A program made the translations under genes and the position numbers. This document shows positions 1 through 11,800 of a stretch of DNA of 64,000 nt, piece by piece (the stretch's first letter is position 1; every line of letters starts with the position of its first letter). This DNA is from Candidatus Latescibacterota bacterium (lineage in GTDB: Bacteria; Latescibacterota; UBA2968; GCA-2709665), in contig OZ244937.1 in NCBI GenBank assembly GCA_965222075.1, forward strand, positions 1,216,001-1,280,000, in the 5' to 3' direction. The notes under the pieces are model-generated. The model saw only the letters and a program-made list of their open reading frames with translations. It was not told where the DNA came from and searched no databases.

Positions 1-474
1 TTCGCCCCGGATCGCGACATGCAGATCTCTGATGAGCTTCCCGACGCCCTGGAGGAGCAGAAGAAAGATGCCGGCGGCCAGCGCAATTTTAAAGGGATAG
101 ATCGGCGGGTTCCACGGCGAGCCGGAGGTTTCCCTCACCTCAAGCGAATCCCGTGCGTACTGCAGGGACGCCCACAACATCATGCCCAGGTAGAGCGCAA
201 AGAACAGGAAGGAGACGGCGTCGGCAATCGCCCGGCCCCTGGCCGAGAGGCGGCCGTAGACCAGCTCGATCTTCACGTGTTTTCCCTCGTGGGCGGTCCA
301 CGCTGCTCCCATCACATAGACCAGGGCGCAGCCAAACACCATCGATTCGCTGGCCCACAGGGTCGGCGCGTGGAAGATATACCGCATCAAGATTTCGTAG
401 ACCACCACGAAGACCACGAGTAGCGTCAGGAGGCTGAACAGCTTTCCGGTGCGGATGATGAAACGATCGATCAA
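1..474 (-). CDS. dctQ: TRAP transporter small permease (DctQ), runs off the left edge
   Basis: Not in the ORF track because it has no stop in the window. Manual translation from a TTG overlapping the dctP stop gives MIDRFIIRTGKLFSLLTLLVVFVVVYEILMRYIFHAPTLWASE...GKHVKIEL...PPIYPFKIAL, with typical DctQ motifs and 4 hydrophobic segments. Confidence 0.88.
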   Translation of the reverse strand, partial: MIDRFIIRTGKLFSLLTLLVVFVVVYEILMRYIFHAPTLWASESMVFGCALVYVMGAAWTAHEGKHVKIELVYGRLSARGRAIADAVSFLFFALYLGMMLWASLQYARDSLEVRETSGSPWNPPIYPFKIALAAGIFLLLLQGVGKLIRDLHVAIRGE

Positions 475-1520
475 TCGACGCTCCCTCCACCATCGTCGCT
501 CAGCAGCCCCAGCTCTTTAAGCCAGGCCTTCTGGGCATCGATGACTGTCTTGCACATGGGGCTCTTTTTGGCCCATTCATCCCACACTTCACGGGCTGCG
601 GCTCGAGCACGGGCCAGTTCCTGTTCGTTCCAGATAATCGGCGTTACGCCCTTGCTTTTCATCTCGCCGATTGCTCGCAGGTCGTCGATTGCCACACGTT
701 CAATCATGTCCCATGCCCACTGCCGGACGGCCGTCCGGAGGATCTGCTTGATATCGTCGGGCAGCTTGTCCCATTCCTCCTGGTTCACCGTGAAGTCGCC
801 CACGGGCATCGCGTGGAAGCCCGGAAAGTTGAAGTACCTGGCAACCTGATAGAAACCCATCCGCTGGTTCATGGAGGGGGTTCCCCAGTCCGTGCCGTCA
901 ATCATGCCCTTGTCCAGCGCGGAGTAGACTTCGCTTCCGGGGAGGGTCACGACAGAGGCGCCCAACCTGGCCAGCAGCTGCGCGGCCATGCCCTGGGGCG
1001 CCCGAAACTTCAAGCCCTTGAAGTCCTCGATCCTCCTGATGGGCGCCTTGGACGGCATGGACTCCATGCCCCATAAGGTCACGCCGACACAGTAGACGCC
1101 GAAAGGCCTGTAGATCTCGTTGAGCAAGTCGAGACCGCCGCGGTAGTGGTAGAAGGCGTCCACTTCCCAGGGATGACGCCAGGCCCCGATCAGGTCACTG
1201 ATTGGGGCAAAGGCCGGGTTCTTGCCGGTCCAGTATCCGGGCCACTGGTGCATGGCCTGCAGGATGTTGTGCCTCACCGCATCGAGGCACTCGAACGTCG
1301 GCACGATCGTCCCGGCCGGGTAGGGCGTGATTTTGAGCCGACCGTTCGTGAGTTTCTCAACGCGCTGGCAGAAATCGACGAATGTCCGGTAGGGCAGTTC
1401 CGATGCGCTCCAGAGCGCCTGGGCCTTCCACGTGATGGTCTCCGCCCCCTGCGCGGGAACCGTGAGCAGACCGACAGCGACCAGTACAAGAACTCCCGCT
1501 GAAATGCGTTTTTGTTTCAT
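471..1520 (-). CDS. dctP: TRAP transporter substrate-binding protein (DctP/TakP-like)
   Basis: Signal peptide; motifs TNGRLKITPYPAG, DFKGLKFRAP and EVYSALDKGMIDG; adjacent to dctQ. Confidence 0.93.
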   Translation of the reverse strand: MKQKRISAGVLVLVAVGLLTVPAQGAETITWKAQALWSASELPYRTFVDFCQRVEKLTNGRLKITPYPAGTIVPTFECLDAVRHNILQAMHQWPGYWTGKNPAFAPISDLIGAWRHPWEVDAFYHYRGGLDLLNEIYRPFGVYCVGVTLWGMESMPSKAPIRRIEDFKGLKFRAPQGMAAQLLARLGASVVTLPGSEVYSALDKGMIDGTDWGTPSMNQRMGFYQVARYFNFPGFHAMPVGDFTVNQEEWDKLPDDIKQILRTAVRQWAWDMIERVAIDDLRAIGEMKSKGVTPIIWNEQELARARAAAREVWDEWAKKSPMCKTVIDAQKAWLKELGLLSDDGGGSVD

Positions 1521-1567
1521 CCGCTCGGCTCCTCATGGGAATGACAACGCCGGTCAAGTCTTTGGCC

Positions 1568-1596
1568 AATGTATGATACCGACGCAATTTTGTCAA
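1568..1596 (-). promoter_or_regulatory. sigma70-type promoter for the TRAP operon
   Basis: Minus strand reads TTGACA-17 nt-TACATT, about 50 nt upstream of the dctP start. Confidence 0.6.
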
Positions 1597-1868
1597 GAAA
1601 AGATCGGATTTGCGGTGGAAGCGGGAATACTCGATGAGGATTTCTGTGAATTATCTTGATTTTAGCAAGAGGGTCGGACAAAATTTAGGGACTTATATAC
1701 TTGGTTGCGCACAGTGTTTTTATTGATTTAACCTTTTAATTTTGTTATAACTATGATAAGGACAGTAACAAAGACGGGGTATGTGAGCAAGGGGTGTCAC
1801 AGGAACCTAAGCGCTGTCCCTCGGGGTACCGTTCCGATTCACCACAGGTATCTGGAATTGGATAATCT

Positions 1869-4340
1869 ATGATTTCAAATTACTTCCGAACGTGGCTACG
1901 AAATGCACTCAGGTATAGGATCTACGCAATAATTAACCTGTTAGGCTTAGGGATAGGGATTGCCTGCGGCTATCTCTGTGTTCTTTACATCCTTCATGAT
2001 TGGAGCTTCGATAGGTTCCACCGAGACTATCATCGTATATACCGCGTTGTTCTGAAGGCGAGGTACAAACAATCCCAAAGTCTGGGTCCTCTTACGGGCG
2101 AATGGCTCGAGTCCACAAACCTTCCGGTTGCACTGACATCGGAGGCGACTGCCGAGATTCCAGAGATCGAGATCACGACTCGTGTACTTGGTGCCCCCCA
2201 TCCTCGTATGGCGACTTGGCATGTGGGTACTCACAGAGGCTTTCTGCGAGCTACAGACGAGGTCTTACTCGTGGACGAGAGTTTCTTGAAAATTTTCTCC
2301 TTTCCTGTCATTAGTGGCACTGTCCATTCAAGTCCGAATAAAGTCGTGCTAACGCGAGAATTCGCTCGTAGTCTATCCAACGATATCAACGGTCTGGTTG
2401 GCAAAGTACTATGGATTCGATCTCCAAGACAGCCGGATAACACGGCGGTAGCTGTTGAAATAGGGGGTATCGTGGAATCGCCCCCAAGCAACTCGAGCCT
2501 GAAGTTTGCGGTTCTTTTGCCATTTACTTTGTGTTCAACCTTTCTTGGCAAGAAAGATGGAGAGTGGAATTGGTTCTTTAACGCCACTCATTACGTCCGC
2601 CTTCCAGAAGAATTGGATGAAGAAGCTATAGAAAGAAAGCTCACGCAGATCGTCCAGAAGCATCCCGCGCCGATCTGGGATTTGGATTCATTTAAGGTTA
2701 GACTTCAACCGATCACGGACCTACACCATCATGGTCATCGTATGTCGGGTGTCTGGAAGGGATTGCGTCCCACCACGAATCCCTTGTATGGGTATGTCCT
2801 CGGAGGCCTGAGTGTCTTAGTTCTGTCTGCTTCCTGTTTGAATTATGTTCTTCTCTACGTCGCCCGGTTCAATTTGCGAGCCAAAGAATTCGGCTTACGG
2901 CAAGTTCTCGGAGCGAACCGTAATCACCTCACTCATCAGCTACTGGTTGAATGCCTTGGGTACAGCATCCTGGCTTGCGGCATCGGCTTGGTTGCTGCGG
3001 AATTGGCGTCAAAACCCCTCGAAGGAATTTTACAAATACGGTTCACTTCCACGGCAGACCCGATTCGAACGATCCTCATCCTGGGGGCAATGGCCTGCAT
3101 TACGGGTCTGGCAACGGCCATCTACCCGGTAGCCCTTATCCCGTCCGTTTCTGCAGTGAGCGTTCTACGCAAAACATCACAGGGCAGCAGGTCCGGGCCT
3201 TTCTTGAAGGTGTTGATGGCCGCCCAGTCCGGTGTGACGTTGATTCTCGTGTTTTGTGCGATCGTTATGTTTGAACAGATCTACTTCATGACCACGACTG
3301 ATCTGGGTTTTGAACCGACCAACCTGGTCAGGTTGGATATTAAAGGGTTGGACGGCAATGAGGCTGACCGCCTTCAACGGTCCCTGTCCGCGTATCTTCC
3401 AGTCACTTCCTGCGCCCGGACCCGCCAGCCGATCGGGTGGTCGAACGCAACCACGGTGAAGGGCGATAATGGCCTCCTGATTGATGGGGTGAACTACATT
3501 CAGGTGGATGGGCCATTTCTGAAGACGGTCGGCTTGAAGCTCTTGCGTGGAAGATCGTTGCATCAGAACCACATCCGGGGCGAGGTGATCGTGAACGAAT
3601 CTTTCCAAAGGCATCTGATGCCCTCGGATCCCATTGGACAGGCGCTTTATCCGGCGAATAAAGGGTCGCAGGTGTTTGGACATGATTCAAGTGGTCGCAT
3701 CGTGGGTGTGGTCAAAGACTTTCACTTCCGGAGTCTGCGCCACATTGTCCCCCCTACCATTATCACCGTTGCCGACATCTCGGGTAAGCGAGCAGACACC
3801 TTTCGGGAAATGCTGATTCGAATCCGAGAGGACAGCACCGATGAATTTCTGGCTCACCTCCGTGGGATCTGGAAAGAGCTGAACCTCGAACAGAAGCCGC
3901 TGTCGTTTTCCTTTGTAGAAGACGAGGTGCGAAAGTCTTACGCCAAAGATGTGAGATGGAGCAAGATTGTCTCCGGCGCGTCACTGTGCGCAATCCTTAT
4001 CGCGTCAATGGGCACACTGGGCATGACATCCCTGGCAGTCACGCGTAGAAGGAAGGAGATTGCCATCAGAAAGGCCATGGGCGCCTTGCCATCAAGAATC
4101 GCGAGTGGAATTGTGCTCAACTATGCGGTGCCTGGTTTCGCTGCAGCCGCCATCACGCTTCCCCTCTCGTATTTCTTTATGGATCAGTGGCTCTCGAGTT
4201 TTCCCTACCGTATCCAACCCGGAGCCGGAACTGCTTTGGCGGTGATTCTCTTAGGCGTTCTTCTTCCGCTTTTAGGCAGCTTCGTGCATTCAATGAGAGT
4301 AGCTTCTGAGAGCCCGAGCGTTGCTCTCCGGGAGGACTGA
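1869..4340 (+). CDS. MacB/FtsX-family ABC transporter permease (duplicated MacB_PCD + FtsX domains)
   Basis: N-terminus YFRTWLRNALR...INLLGLGIG; RAKEFGLRQVLGA and RRKEIAIRKAMGA repeats; IVGVVKDFHFRSL motif. Confidence 0.9.
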   Translation: MISNYFRTWLRNALRYRIYAIINLLGLGIGIACGYLCVLYILHDWSFDRFHRDYHRIYRVVLKARYKQSQSLGPLTGEWLESTNLPVALTSEATAEIPEIEITTRVLGAPHPRMATWHVGTHRGFLRATDEVLLVDESFLKIFSFPVISGTVHSSPNKVVLTREFARSLSNDINGLVGKVLWIRSPRQPDNTAVAVEIGGIVESPPSNSSLKFAVLLPFTLCSTFLGKKDGEWNWFFNATHYVRLPEELDEEAIERKLTQIVQKHPAPIWDLDSFKVRLQPITDLHHHGHRMSGVWKGLRPTTNPLYGYVLGGLSVLVLSASCLNYVLLYVARFNLRAKEFGLRQVLGANRNHLTHQLLVECLGYSILACGIGLVAAELASKPLEGILQIRFTSTADPIRTILILGAMACITGLATAIYPVALIPSVSAVSVLRKTSQGSRSGPFLKVLMAAQSGVTLILVFCAIVMFEQIYFMTTTDLGFEPTNLVRLDIKGLDGNEADRLQRSLSAYLPVTSCARTRQPIGWSNATTVKGDNGLLIDGVNYIQVDGPFLKTVGLKLLRGRSLHQNHIRGEVIVNESFQRHLMPSDPIGQALYPANKGSQVFGHDSSGRIVGVVKDFHFRSLRHIVPPTIITVADISGKRADTFREMLIRIREDSTDEFLAHLRGIWKELNLEQKPLSFSFVEDEVRKSYAKDVRWSKIVSGASLCAILIASMGTLGMTSLAVTRRRKEIAIRKAMGALPSRIASGIVLNYAVPGFAAAAITLPLSYFFMDQWLSSFPYRIQPGAGTALAVILLGVLLPLLGSFVHSMRVASESPSVALRED

Positions 4341-4346
4341 TACATT

Positions 4347-4648
4347 TTAAAGCCCCAATTCGTGCGCTTGTTTGAAATACTTGGCCAAGCTTATAAGCAG
4401 CACAATACAGATGCCAAGTATCTCATCGACACCTTTCCAATCCCTGTTTGTGATAACATTCGTATTCGTCGTTGCAGGCTCTATCAAGGCGAAGCCTTTC
4501 GAGGCTACATCCCCAGTAAAAGACGCTACTTCTATGGCTTGAAAATTCACCTGCCTGCCGAGCAAGCCCGGCGCAGGCAGGCCTGATGGTGACCCAGTCT
4601 GGAGAGCCTGTCGAACTCTTTTTCACTCCAGGCAGTGTGGGAGATGTG
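4347..4648 (+). mobile_element. IS982-family transposase fragment (pseudogene), frameshifted by a 32-bp palindromic insert
   Basis: YLIDTFPIPVCDNIRIRRC...FRGYIPSKRRYFYGLKIHL resumes as MVTQSGEPVELFFTPGSVGDV once 4550-4581 is removed; N- and C-termini are missing. Confidence 0.8.
4550..4581. repeat. CCTGCCTG...CAGGCAGG palindromic insertion, copy 1 (32 bp)
   Basis: cctgcctgccgagcaagcccggcgcaggcagg; removing it restores ATT CAC CTG ATG GTG (IHLMV). Confidence 0.8.
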
Positions 4649-4724
4649 GAATTGAAAGATAAGCAGAACGCGATTACCAACTCCGAATACAGCGACAATC
4701 GCTGGTAGAAAGAAAGACTGCCTG

Positions 4725-7700
4725 ATGCCACGCATTTTTGACAACATCGAACAATATCTCCTCCCGGCACTGGCGGAAACCATGGCGGTTTCCGACCATG
4801 CGGACTTTTGCGTGGGCTACTTCAACCTGCGCGGCTGGCGGTTAATCGATGAACATGTCGAAAGATGGAAGGGTGGGGAAGGACATTGCTGCCGTCTTCT
4901 CGTCGGTATGCAGCGGCTTCCCTACGAAGAGCTGCGTATCGCCAGAAGTCTATCGGCGAGTGAAAAAGGACTGGATAGCCAGACGGCGTCGCAGCTGAGG
5001 GTCAGGTTGGCGAAGGAATTTCGTGAGCAGTTGACAATCGGCGCGCCCACCAACGCGGATGAGGCCGGTCTGCGCAGGTTGTCCAGGCAGATCAAGGCAA
5101 AAAAGGTAGTCGTCAAGCTTTTCCTCCGGCATTCGCTTCACGCCAAGCTCTACCTGCTGTTCCGGCCGGACCCCATCAACCCGGCGGTCGGGTACCTGGG
5201 TAGCAGCAACCTCACGCAATCCGGTCTTTCCAAACAGGGCGAACTGAATATAGATGTGCTGGACCACGACACCTGCCAGAAACTCGCGCGATGGTTCGAA
5301 GATCGCTGGGCTGATCGCTGGTGCGTCGATATCTCGGACGAACTTGCGCAGATCATCGATGAAAGTTGGGCAGGGGAGCGGTTGATCCCGCCATATCACA
5401 TCTATGTGAAGATCGCTTACCACCTGTCGCAGGAAGCCCGGGCGGGTTTGACCGAATTTCGCATCCCGCAAGTGTTCGGCAACAAACTGCTCGATTTCCA
5501 GACGGCCGCCGTGAAGATTGCCGCGCATCATCTGAACAAGCGTGGCGGCGTTATTATCGGCGATGTCGTGGGACTCGGTAAGACGCTGATGGCCACGGCC
5601 ATCGCGCGCGTGTTCGAAGACGATCACGGGTTGGAAACGCTGATTATCTGTCCGAAAAATCTCGTTTCCATGTGGGAGGACTACCGCGAGCAGTATCAGT
5701 TGCGCGCGCGTGTGCTATCGATCAGCCGGGTGACCAGGGAACTCCCCGATATGCGCCGTTACCGCCTGATTGTGATTGACGAGAGTCACAATCTGAGAAA
5801 CCGTGAAGGAAAGCGTTACCGCGCGATCCAGGAATATATCAGGGAAAACGAGAGCAAGTGCATCCTGCTGTCGGCAACGCCGTACAACAAGACGTATCAG
5901 GACCTCTCCAGCCAGATCCGTTTGTTCGTGTACGAGGATGAAGACCTGGGCATTCGTCCCGAACGTCTGTTGCAGGAGATCGGCGAAACCGGGTTCATTC
6001 GCCGCCACCAGGCCTCTGTCCGGTCCCTGGCGGCATTCGAGCAGTCGGAATATGCCGACGACTGGCGTGAATTGATGCGTCTGTACCTCGTGCGCCGGAC
6101 CCGTAGCTTTATCCAGGAAAACTACGCCGCGACGGATCCGACGAACGGGCGGAAGTACCTGACGTTCGACGACGGCACCCGATCCTATTTTCCCGTTCGC
6201 GTTCCCAGGACGGTGCGATTCGATATTGACGAGCAATACGCGCGCCTGTTTGCCGACGATGTGGTGTCCGCCATCAACGGGCTGGAGCTCCCGCGCTACG
6301 GCCTCGGAAATTACGTCACGTCCTCGGGCGATGCGACGACAACGTCGACCGAAGACAAAAAAATCCTGGATGACCTGTCACGCGCCGGTAAGCGCCTCAT
6401 GGGCTTCTGTCGAACGAATCTGCTCAAGCGCCTTGAAAGCAGCGGGCATGTGTTCCTGCTATCGTTGGAGAGACATATTCTCCGGAACTTCATCTTTCTC
6501 CACGCCATCGAAAACGAACTGGCCCTGCCAATCGGCACGACGGACGCGGGGCTTCTGGACCCGCAATCCTTCGACGAAGATCCAGACGGCGCGGCCGGCG
6601 ACATTTTTGACGATGGAGACGAGGAAGGGACCACAGAAACCGAGGCGCCGGTGCGGCTGAGAACGGAAGAAGACTTCCGCAAGCGCGCCGCGGAAATCTA
6701 TGGGTCGTACGCCGTGCGATACAAGAGGCGATTCCGCTGGTTGGCCCCGCGTCATTTCGACAGGGCACTGCGGGATAACCTGTTGTCGGATGCGAGAACG
6801 CTGCGCAACATGCTGGACGGATTCGGCGAATGGGACCCGTCACACGACGCCAAGCTTGACGCGTTGCGCCAAATCCTCGTGGAGAAACATCCTGCTGAGA
6901 AGGTTCTGGTCTTCACGCAATTTGCGGACACAGTGACATACCTGGAACATCAGCTGAAGGCCGGCGGGATTGAACGGCTGGCTGCTGTTACCGGGGACTC
7001 CGCCGATCCAACGCGGCTGGCCTGGCAATTCAGTCCGAAAAGCAACGAGAAGGGTAGCCGTATCCGGCCTGAGGAGGAACTGCGGGTGCTGGTTGCTACG
7101 GATGTGTTGAGCGAGGGGCAAAACCTGCAGGATTGCGCCATCGTCGTGAACTATGACCTGCCGTGGGCCATTATTCGCCTGATTCAAAGAGCCGGACGCG
7201 TGGACCGCATCGGGCAGCACGCGCAAGACATCCTCTGTTATTCCTTTCTTCCTGCCGAAGGAATTGAACGGCTGATCCGGCTACGGGCGCGGGTACGGAC
7301 ACGTCTCAACGAAAACGCCGAGGTGGTCGGTACGGATGAGGCATTCTTTGAGGATGAAGATACCCGTGCCGTTGTTGATCTCTTTAACGAGAGCGCCGGA
7401 ATCCTCGACGGCGATGACGAGTCTGAGGTGGACCTTTCCTCCTACGCCTATCAGATCTGGAAAAATGCGACGACAGCCGATCCATCGCTTAAGAAGAAAG
7501 TCGAGGAGATGTCGGCCGTCGTCCATTCCTCCAAAGCCTACGAACAACAACAGGAGCGGCCCGAGGGCGTCCTGGTCTACATGCGCACAACGCAGGACAA
7601 TGACGCTCTGGTCTGGATGGACCGCGACGGTGGCAGCGTAACGGAAAGCCAGTTCGAGATTCTTCGCGTTGCCGAGTGCTCACCGGATACGCCGGCGCTA

Positions 7701-8081
7701 CCGCGGCACGAAAACCACCATGATCTTGTCCGAAAGGCCGCGGAACAGATCGCCCGGGAGGAAAAACATGTCGGCGGCCAACTGGGACGCCCATCCGGCG
7801 CGCGCTTCCGCACCTATGAACGGCTCAAGAACCACGCCGAGAGGGTCAAGGGCACTTTGTTCGATTCCGAACCTCTGCGGAAAACCATTGACGACATTTA
7901 CCGTTATCCACTTCGTCAGACGGCTGTGGATACGCTGAACCGTCAGTTGCGCAGCGGAATCTCCGACGACGATCTCGCCGGACGGGTCATCGAACTGCGG
8001 GAGGATGGCCGGCTTTGTATCGTCCACGAGGAGGATGAACCTCAGGAACCGCGAATCATCTGCTCAATGGGCTTGATTTGA
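4725..8081 (+). CDS. PLD-nuclease domain (NgoFVII-like) fused to an SNF2-family helicase; putative restriction/defence component
   Basis: N-terminal CVGYF, LHAKLYL and GSSNLT (PLD HxK-type); helicase motifs [34 protein letters not shown] and [10 protein letters not shown]. Confidence 0.9.
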   Translation: MPRIFDNIEQYLLPALAETMAVSDHADFCVGYFNLRGWRLIDEHVERWKGGEGHCCRLLVGMQRLPYEELRIARSLSASEKGLDSQTASQLRVRLAKEFREQLTIGAPTNADEAGLRRLSRQIKAKKVVVKLFLRHSLHAKLYLLFRPDPINPAVGYLGSSNLTQSGLSKQGELNIDVLDHDTCQKLARWFEDRWADRWCVDISDELAQIIDESWAGERLIPPYHIYVKIAYHLSQEARAGLTEFRIPQVFGNKLLDFQTAAVKIAAHHLNKRGGVIIGDVVGLGKTLMATAIARVFEDDHGLETLIICPKNLVSMWEDYREQYQLRARVLSISRVTRELPDMRRYRLIVIDESHNLRNREGKRYRAIQEYIRENESKCILLSATPYNKTYQDLSSQIRLFVYEDEDLGIRPERLLQEIGETGFIRRHQASVRSLAAFEQSEYADDWRELMRLYLVRRTRSFIQENYAATDPTNGRKYLTFDDGTRSYFPVRVPRTVRFDIDEQYARLFADDVVSAINGLELPRYGLGNYVTSSGDATTTSTEDKKILDDLSRAGKRLMGFCRTNLLKRLESSGHVFLLSLERHILRNFIFLHAIENELALPIGTTDAGLLDPQSFDEDPDGAAGDIFDDGDEEGTTETEAPVRLRTEEDFRKRAAEIYGSYAVRYKRRFRWLAPRHFDRALRDNLLSDARTLRNMLDGFGEWDPSHDAKLDALRQILVEKHPAEKVLVFTQFADTVTYLEHQLKAGGIERLAAVTGDSADPTRLAWQFSPKSNEKGSRIRPEEELRVLVATDVLSEGQNLQDCAIVVNYDLPWAIIRLIQRAGRVDRIGQHAQDILCYSFLPAEGIERLIRLRARVRTRLNENAEVVGTDEAFFEDEDTRAVVDLFNESAGILDGDDESEVDLSSYAYQIWKNATTADPSLKKKVEEMSAVVHSSKAYEQQQERPEGVLVYMRTTQDNDALVWMDRDGGSVTESQFEILRVAECSPDTPALPRHENHHDLVRKAAEQIAREEKHVGGQLGRPSGARFRTYERLKNHAERVKGTLFDSEPLRKTIDDIYRYPLRQTAVDTLNRQLRSGISDDDLAGRVIELREDGRLCIVHEEDEPQEPRIICSMGLI

Positions 8082-8089
8082 CGTCAGAC

Positions 8090-8127
8090 TTGACACTTTG
8101 CCTTACTTTATTATATTTTTAGTAAGG
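8090..8127 (+). promoter_or_regulatory. TA operon promoter with an overlapping inverted-repeat operator
   Basis: TTGACA (8090-8095)-16 nt-TATATT (8112-8117); inverted repeat CCTTACT (8101-8107)/AGTAAGG (8121-8127) flanks the -10; AAGGAG RBS follows. Confidence 0.65.
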
Positions 8128-8136
8128 AGATATGCC

Positions 8137-8379
8137 ATGATCGTCAAAATAACTTCAAAACGCCAGGTCACTTTTCCTGCACGGGTGCTGGACGCTCTGG
8201 GGGTTGGCCCGGGCGACCAACTCGAAATCGTAGAAGGGCCCGACGGGTTCGCCCTGCGGCCCAGACGCATTGATCATTCCCGTCTTGGGACGTTGCGCGA
8301 TAAGATCCGGCGCGGACGTGGGACGTTTGATCTCCAGGACTTCAGGGAGCAATCGTATGACCCGTCGCTTCGGGATTGA
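8137..8379 (+). CDS. AbrB/MazE/SpoVT-family antitoxin
   Basis: MIVKITSKRQVTFPARVLDALGVGPGD swapped-hairpin motif; ATG at 8137 follows an AAGGAG RBS. Confidence 0.9.
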   Translation: MIVKITSKRQVTFPARVLDALGVGPGDQLEIVEGPDGFALRPRRIDHSRLGTLRDKIRRGRGTFDLQDFREQSYDPSLRD

Positions 8380-8755
8380 CACGTCAGTCCTCGTGCGGTT
8401 ACTCACCAGAGACCCGGAAAAAGATTTCGTGTATTGCGTAAGCAAACTTGGCGCGCTGGTCAACGAGCATGGCCACGAGATCTTCGTTTCAAACCAGGTC
8501 GTTGGAGAGACCTACGTTGCGGTACAGCACCACTATGGCGTATCAAAGGCCGATGCCCGCGCCTCTTTGCTCGACGCGCTGCGGAGCGGTCTGGTCTCCC
8601 CCCTGAACGGGCGCTCAGTTATCGAAGCCCTTAAGGCTTCCGGCGGCGCCGGCCTGTTTGACCGGCTCATCGCCGACGACTATTCACGCGCTGGCATGGA
8701 AGTCCTGACGCTGGATCAAAAGATGGCCGCCCTGCCCGACGTTCGTTACCTGTAG
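8357..8755 (+). CDS. PIN-domain (VapC-like) toxin
   Basis: GIDTSVLVR, VVGE, FDRLI and LTLD acidic PIN motifs; overlaps the antitoxin. Confidence 0.9.
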   Translation: MTRRFGIDTSVLVRLLTRDPEKDFVYCVSKLGALVNEHGHEIFVSNQVVGETYVAVQHHYGVSKADARASLLDALRSGLVSPLNGRSVIEALKASGGAGLFDRLIADDYSRAGMEVLTLDQKMAALPDVRYL

Positions 8756-8820
8756 AAAGAAACCCTTGCGGGCCAATCCCGCTCTGACGATATCATTGCC
8801 TGATTCAAGCCAGGACCAAC

Positions 8821-11800
8821 ATGATAATCCGGATGTTCCGAATGCCGACAATCCTCAACAGAAACAAAGTCAAAAAACATCTGGAGGAATTCAACCTCCG
8901 ACCTCTCTTTATCGAGGAATTTGGTTGGGACCATGGGGGCGTTGACACAGAGGTTAGCGTAGCCGAGCGTTCGTACGCCCTCGAAGTCATCGCCCAAAAG
9001 CGCGGCATGGTCGCCTACCAGTATGTCGCCGGCGCGGAGGCGACGTTTCCCGATCACCCCACCCGCCGGAAGATCGAGAGAGCCGTCGCGAAGGAGGTGC
9101 GTGAACACATCATCGTTTACGCCACCCACGACAGGACTGAGCAATCCTGGCAATGGGTAAAACGCGAACCCGGCCAGCCGGATCGGCAACGTTCGGAGTC
9201 CTACCGCCACGGGGATACCGGAGAACGGCTTATCCAGAAGCTGGAGTATCTCATCTTCACGCTGGACGAAGAAGAAGACCTGACCATCGTCGATGTATCG
9301 CGCTGGGTGCGGGCTGCCTTTGACGTAGAGAGGGTCACCAGGCGGTTCTACGACCGCTTCAAAAAGGGGCATCAGACCTTTCTGGGGTTCATCGAGGGGA
9401 TCGGGAACCTGGCCGACCGCGAATGGTACGCCTCGCTGATGTTGAACCGGATGATGTTCATCTATTTCATCCAGAAGCGTGGATTCCTCGACAACAATGT
9501 GGACTACCTGCGTGATCGTCTCGAAACGGTGCGGCAGCGGCAGGGAGAGGGCAGATTCATCAGTTTCTACCGCCTGTTCCTCCTGAAGCTGTTCCATGAG
9601 GGGTTGGGCCAGCCGGAGGCCGACCGCGCCCCTGAACTGGCGGAGTTGCTTGGCCAGGTGCCGTATCTCAACGGCGGCCTGTTCGACGTGCACGATCTGG
9701 AGCGGGACAATCCGGAGATCCACATTCCCGATGAAGCGTTCGAGCAGATCTTCGCCTTCTTCGATGCCTACCAGTGGCACCTCGACGACCGGCCGCTCCG
9801 CAACGACAACGAGATCAATCCCGACGTGCTCGGCTACATCTTCGAGAAGTACATCAACCAGAAGCAGATGGGGGCCTATTACACGAAGGAGGACATCACC
9901 GGGTACATCAGCCGCAACACCGTCATCCCCTTCCTGTTCGACTGGGCGAAGAAGGCCTGTCCCATCGCCTTCAGGCCCGGCGGCGGCGTGTGGCGGCTGT
10001 TACAGGACGATCCGGACCGCTATTTCTACGAGGCGGTCCGCCACGGCGTTACTGAGGACTTGGGCGACAAGCGCGAACTGCCGCCAGAGATAGCCGCAGG
10101 GCTGGATGACGTGTCCAAACGCGACGGCTGGAACAAACCGGCCCCGAGCGACTATGCCCTGCCGACGGAGACGTGGCGCGAGCACGTGGCCCGGCGCCAG
10201 CGCTACGAGGAAGTCCACGCCAAACTCGCCGCGGGGGAGGTCACGTCGATCAACGACCTCATCACGTACAACCTGGACATCGAGAAGTTCGCCCAGGACG
10301 TCATCGCCGGCAGCGAGGGGCCTGAACTCATCCGCGCCTTCTGGAAGGCGCTTACCGGGGTCTCGATTCTCGATCCCACCTGCGGCTCCGGCGCGTTCCT
10401 GTTCGCGGCGCTCAACATCCTGGAACCGATATACACCGCCTGCCTGGAGTCCATGCAGGGATTCCTCGACGATCTGGAGCGCTCGAAGTGTAAGCACCAC
10501 CCGGAGAAAATGCGTGACTTTCGCCAGGTGCTGAAGCGGGTCGAAGAGCACGCCAGCGAACGCTACTTCATTCTCAAGTCCATCATTATTGACAACCTAT
10601 ACGGTGTTGATATTATGGAAGAGGCCGTGGAGATCTGCAAACTCCGCCTGTTCCTGAAACTGGTCGCCCAGCTGGAGAGTTACGAGCAGATTGAGCCATT
10701 GCCCGACATTGATTTCAACGTCCGCGCCGGCAACACGCTCGTCGGCTTTACGACTCTTGAGGAAATACAGGATGCATTCGTCGTCACCCCGGATGACCAG
10801 CGCAGAATGCTCTATGCCGAAGACACGGCCAAGTTGAAACGTATCGAGGAGGATGCCAAGATCGCCGACCAAGCCTTCCGTATGTTCCGCAAGATGCAAA
10901 CCAAGCACGGCATGGACGCCGGCGCGTTTGCCGACACCAAGTTGGAATTGCGAAGACGGCTGGATGACCTGCGCGACGAATTGGACCGGTATCTGGCCGT
11001 GGAATACGGCGTCAAAGACAGCGACACAGCGGCCTATGAGCAATGGCGCGCCAGCCACCAGCCCTTCCACTGGTTCGTGGAGTTCTACGGAATCATGCAC
11101 AATGGCGGGTTTGACGTGATTATTGGTAATCCGCCGTATGTAGAGTACAAGAAGATAAAGAAAAACTACGAGGTCCACGGTTTCAAAACTCTGGCCTGCG
11201 GTGATTTATATGCATTTTGTACAGAGCGCGCTTTGGAGCTTCTTCTCTTGAAAGGTCACTTGGGATTGATTGTCCCAATATCGATATTCGGAACTGATGG
11301 CTTCAGCCCCTTGCAAGAGCTGTCGCTGAATATGCTCGATCCAGTGTGGATTTCATGCTTCGCAAATCGTCCATCCCAGCTGTTCGATGGAGCACAGAAA
11401 AGACTTACGATCTTATTGGGCCGACGGTGCGGTGGGCGTTCGCCCACGGTCTTCACTTCTACGTACCTGCGCTGGCGTCGAGAAGAGTTCACTGACCTCT
11501 TTAGTTCTCGGATTCGATACGCGTCTCCGCATCAAAACTTCTGTATATTTCCAGCGTCGCTTGAGAAACTCGGATCGCAACTTGAGGTCCGAGCCTTTAG
11601 TCGGTTGGCACAAAGGCGGAGGAAACTCGCCGAATCAGTCACACAATACAGTCGGTTTCGAGTCTTCTACACACGTAAATTTGGGTACTTCTTAGCGTTT
11701 CTTGATTTTGTTCCGGAGATAGTTGATGGCGAGACCGACTGCCGAGTGTCCCCGTCAGAACTGAAAGATCTCGGACTATCGTCGTCGGAATCAGTACAGG

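Noticed and set aside
4602-4618. GAGAGCCTGTCGAACTC resembling the element at 17934
   Set aside because: It encodes the conserved GEPVEL segment of the IS982 transposase; probably coincidental.
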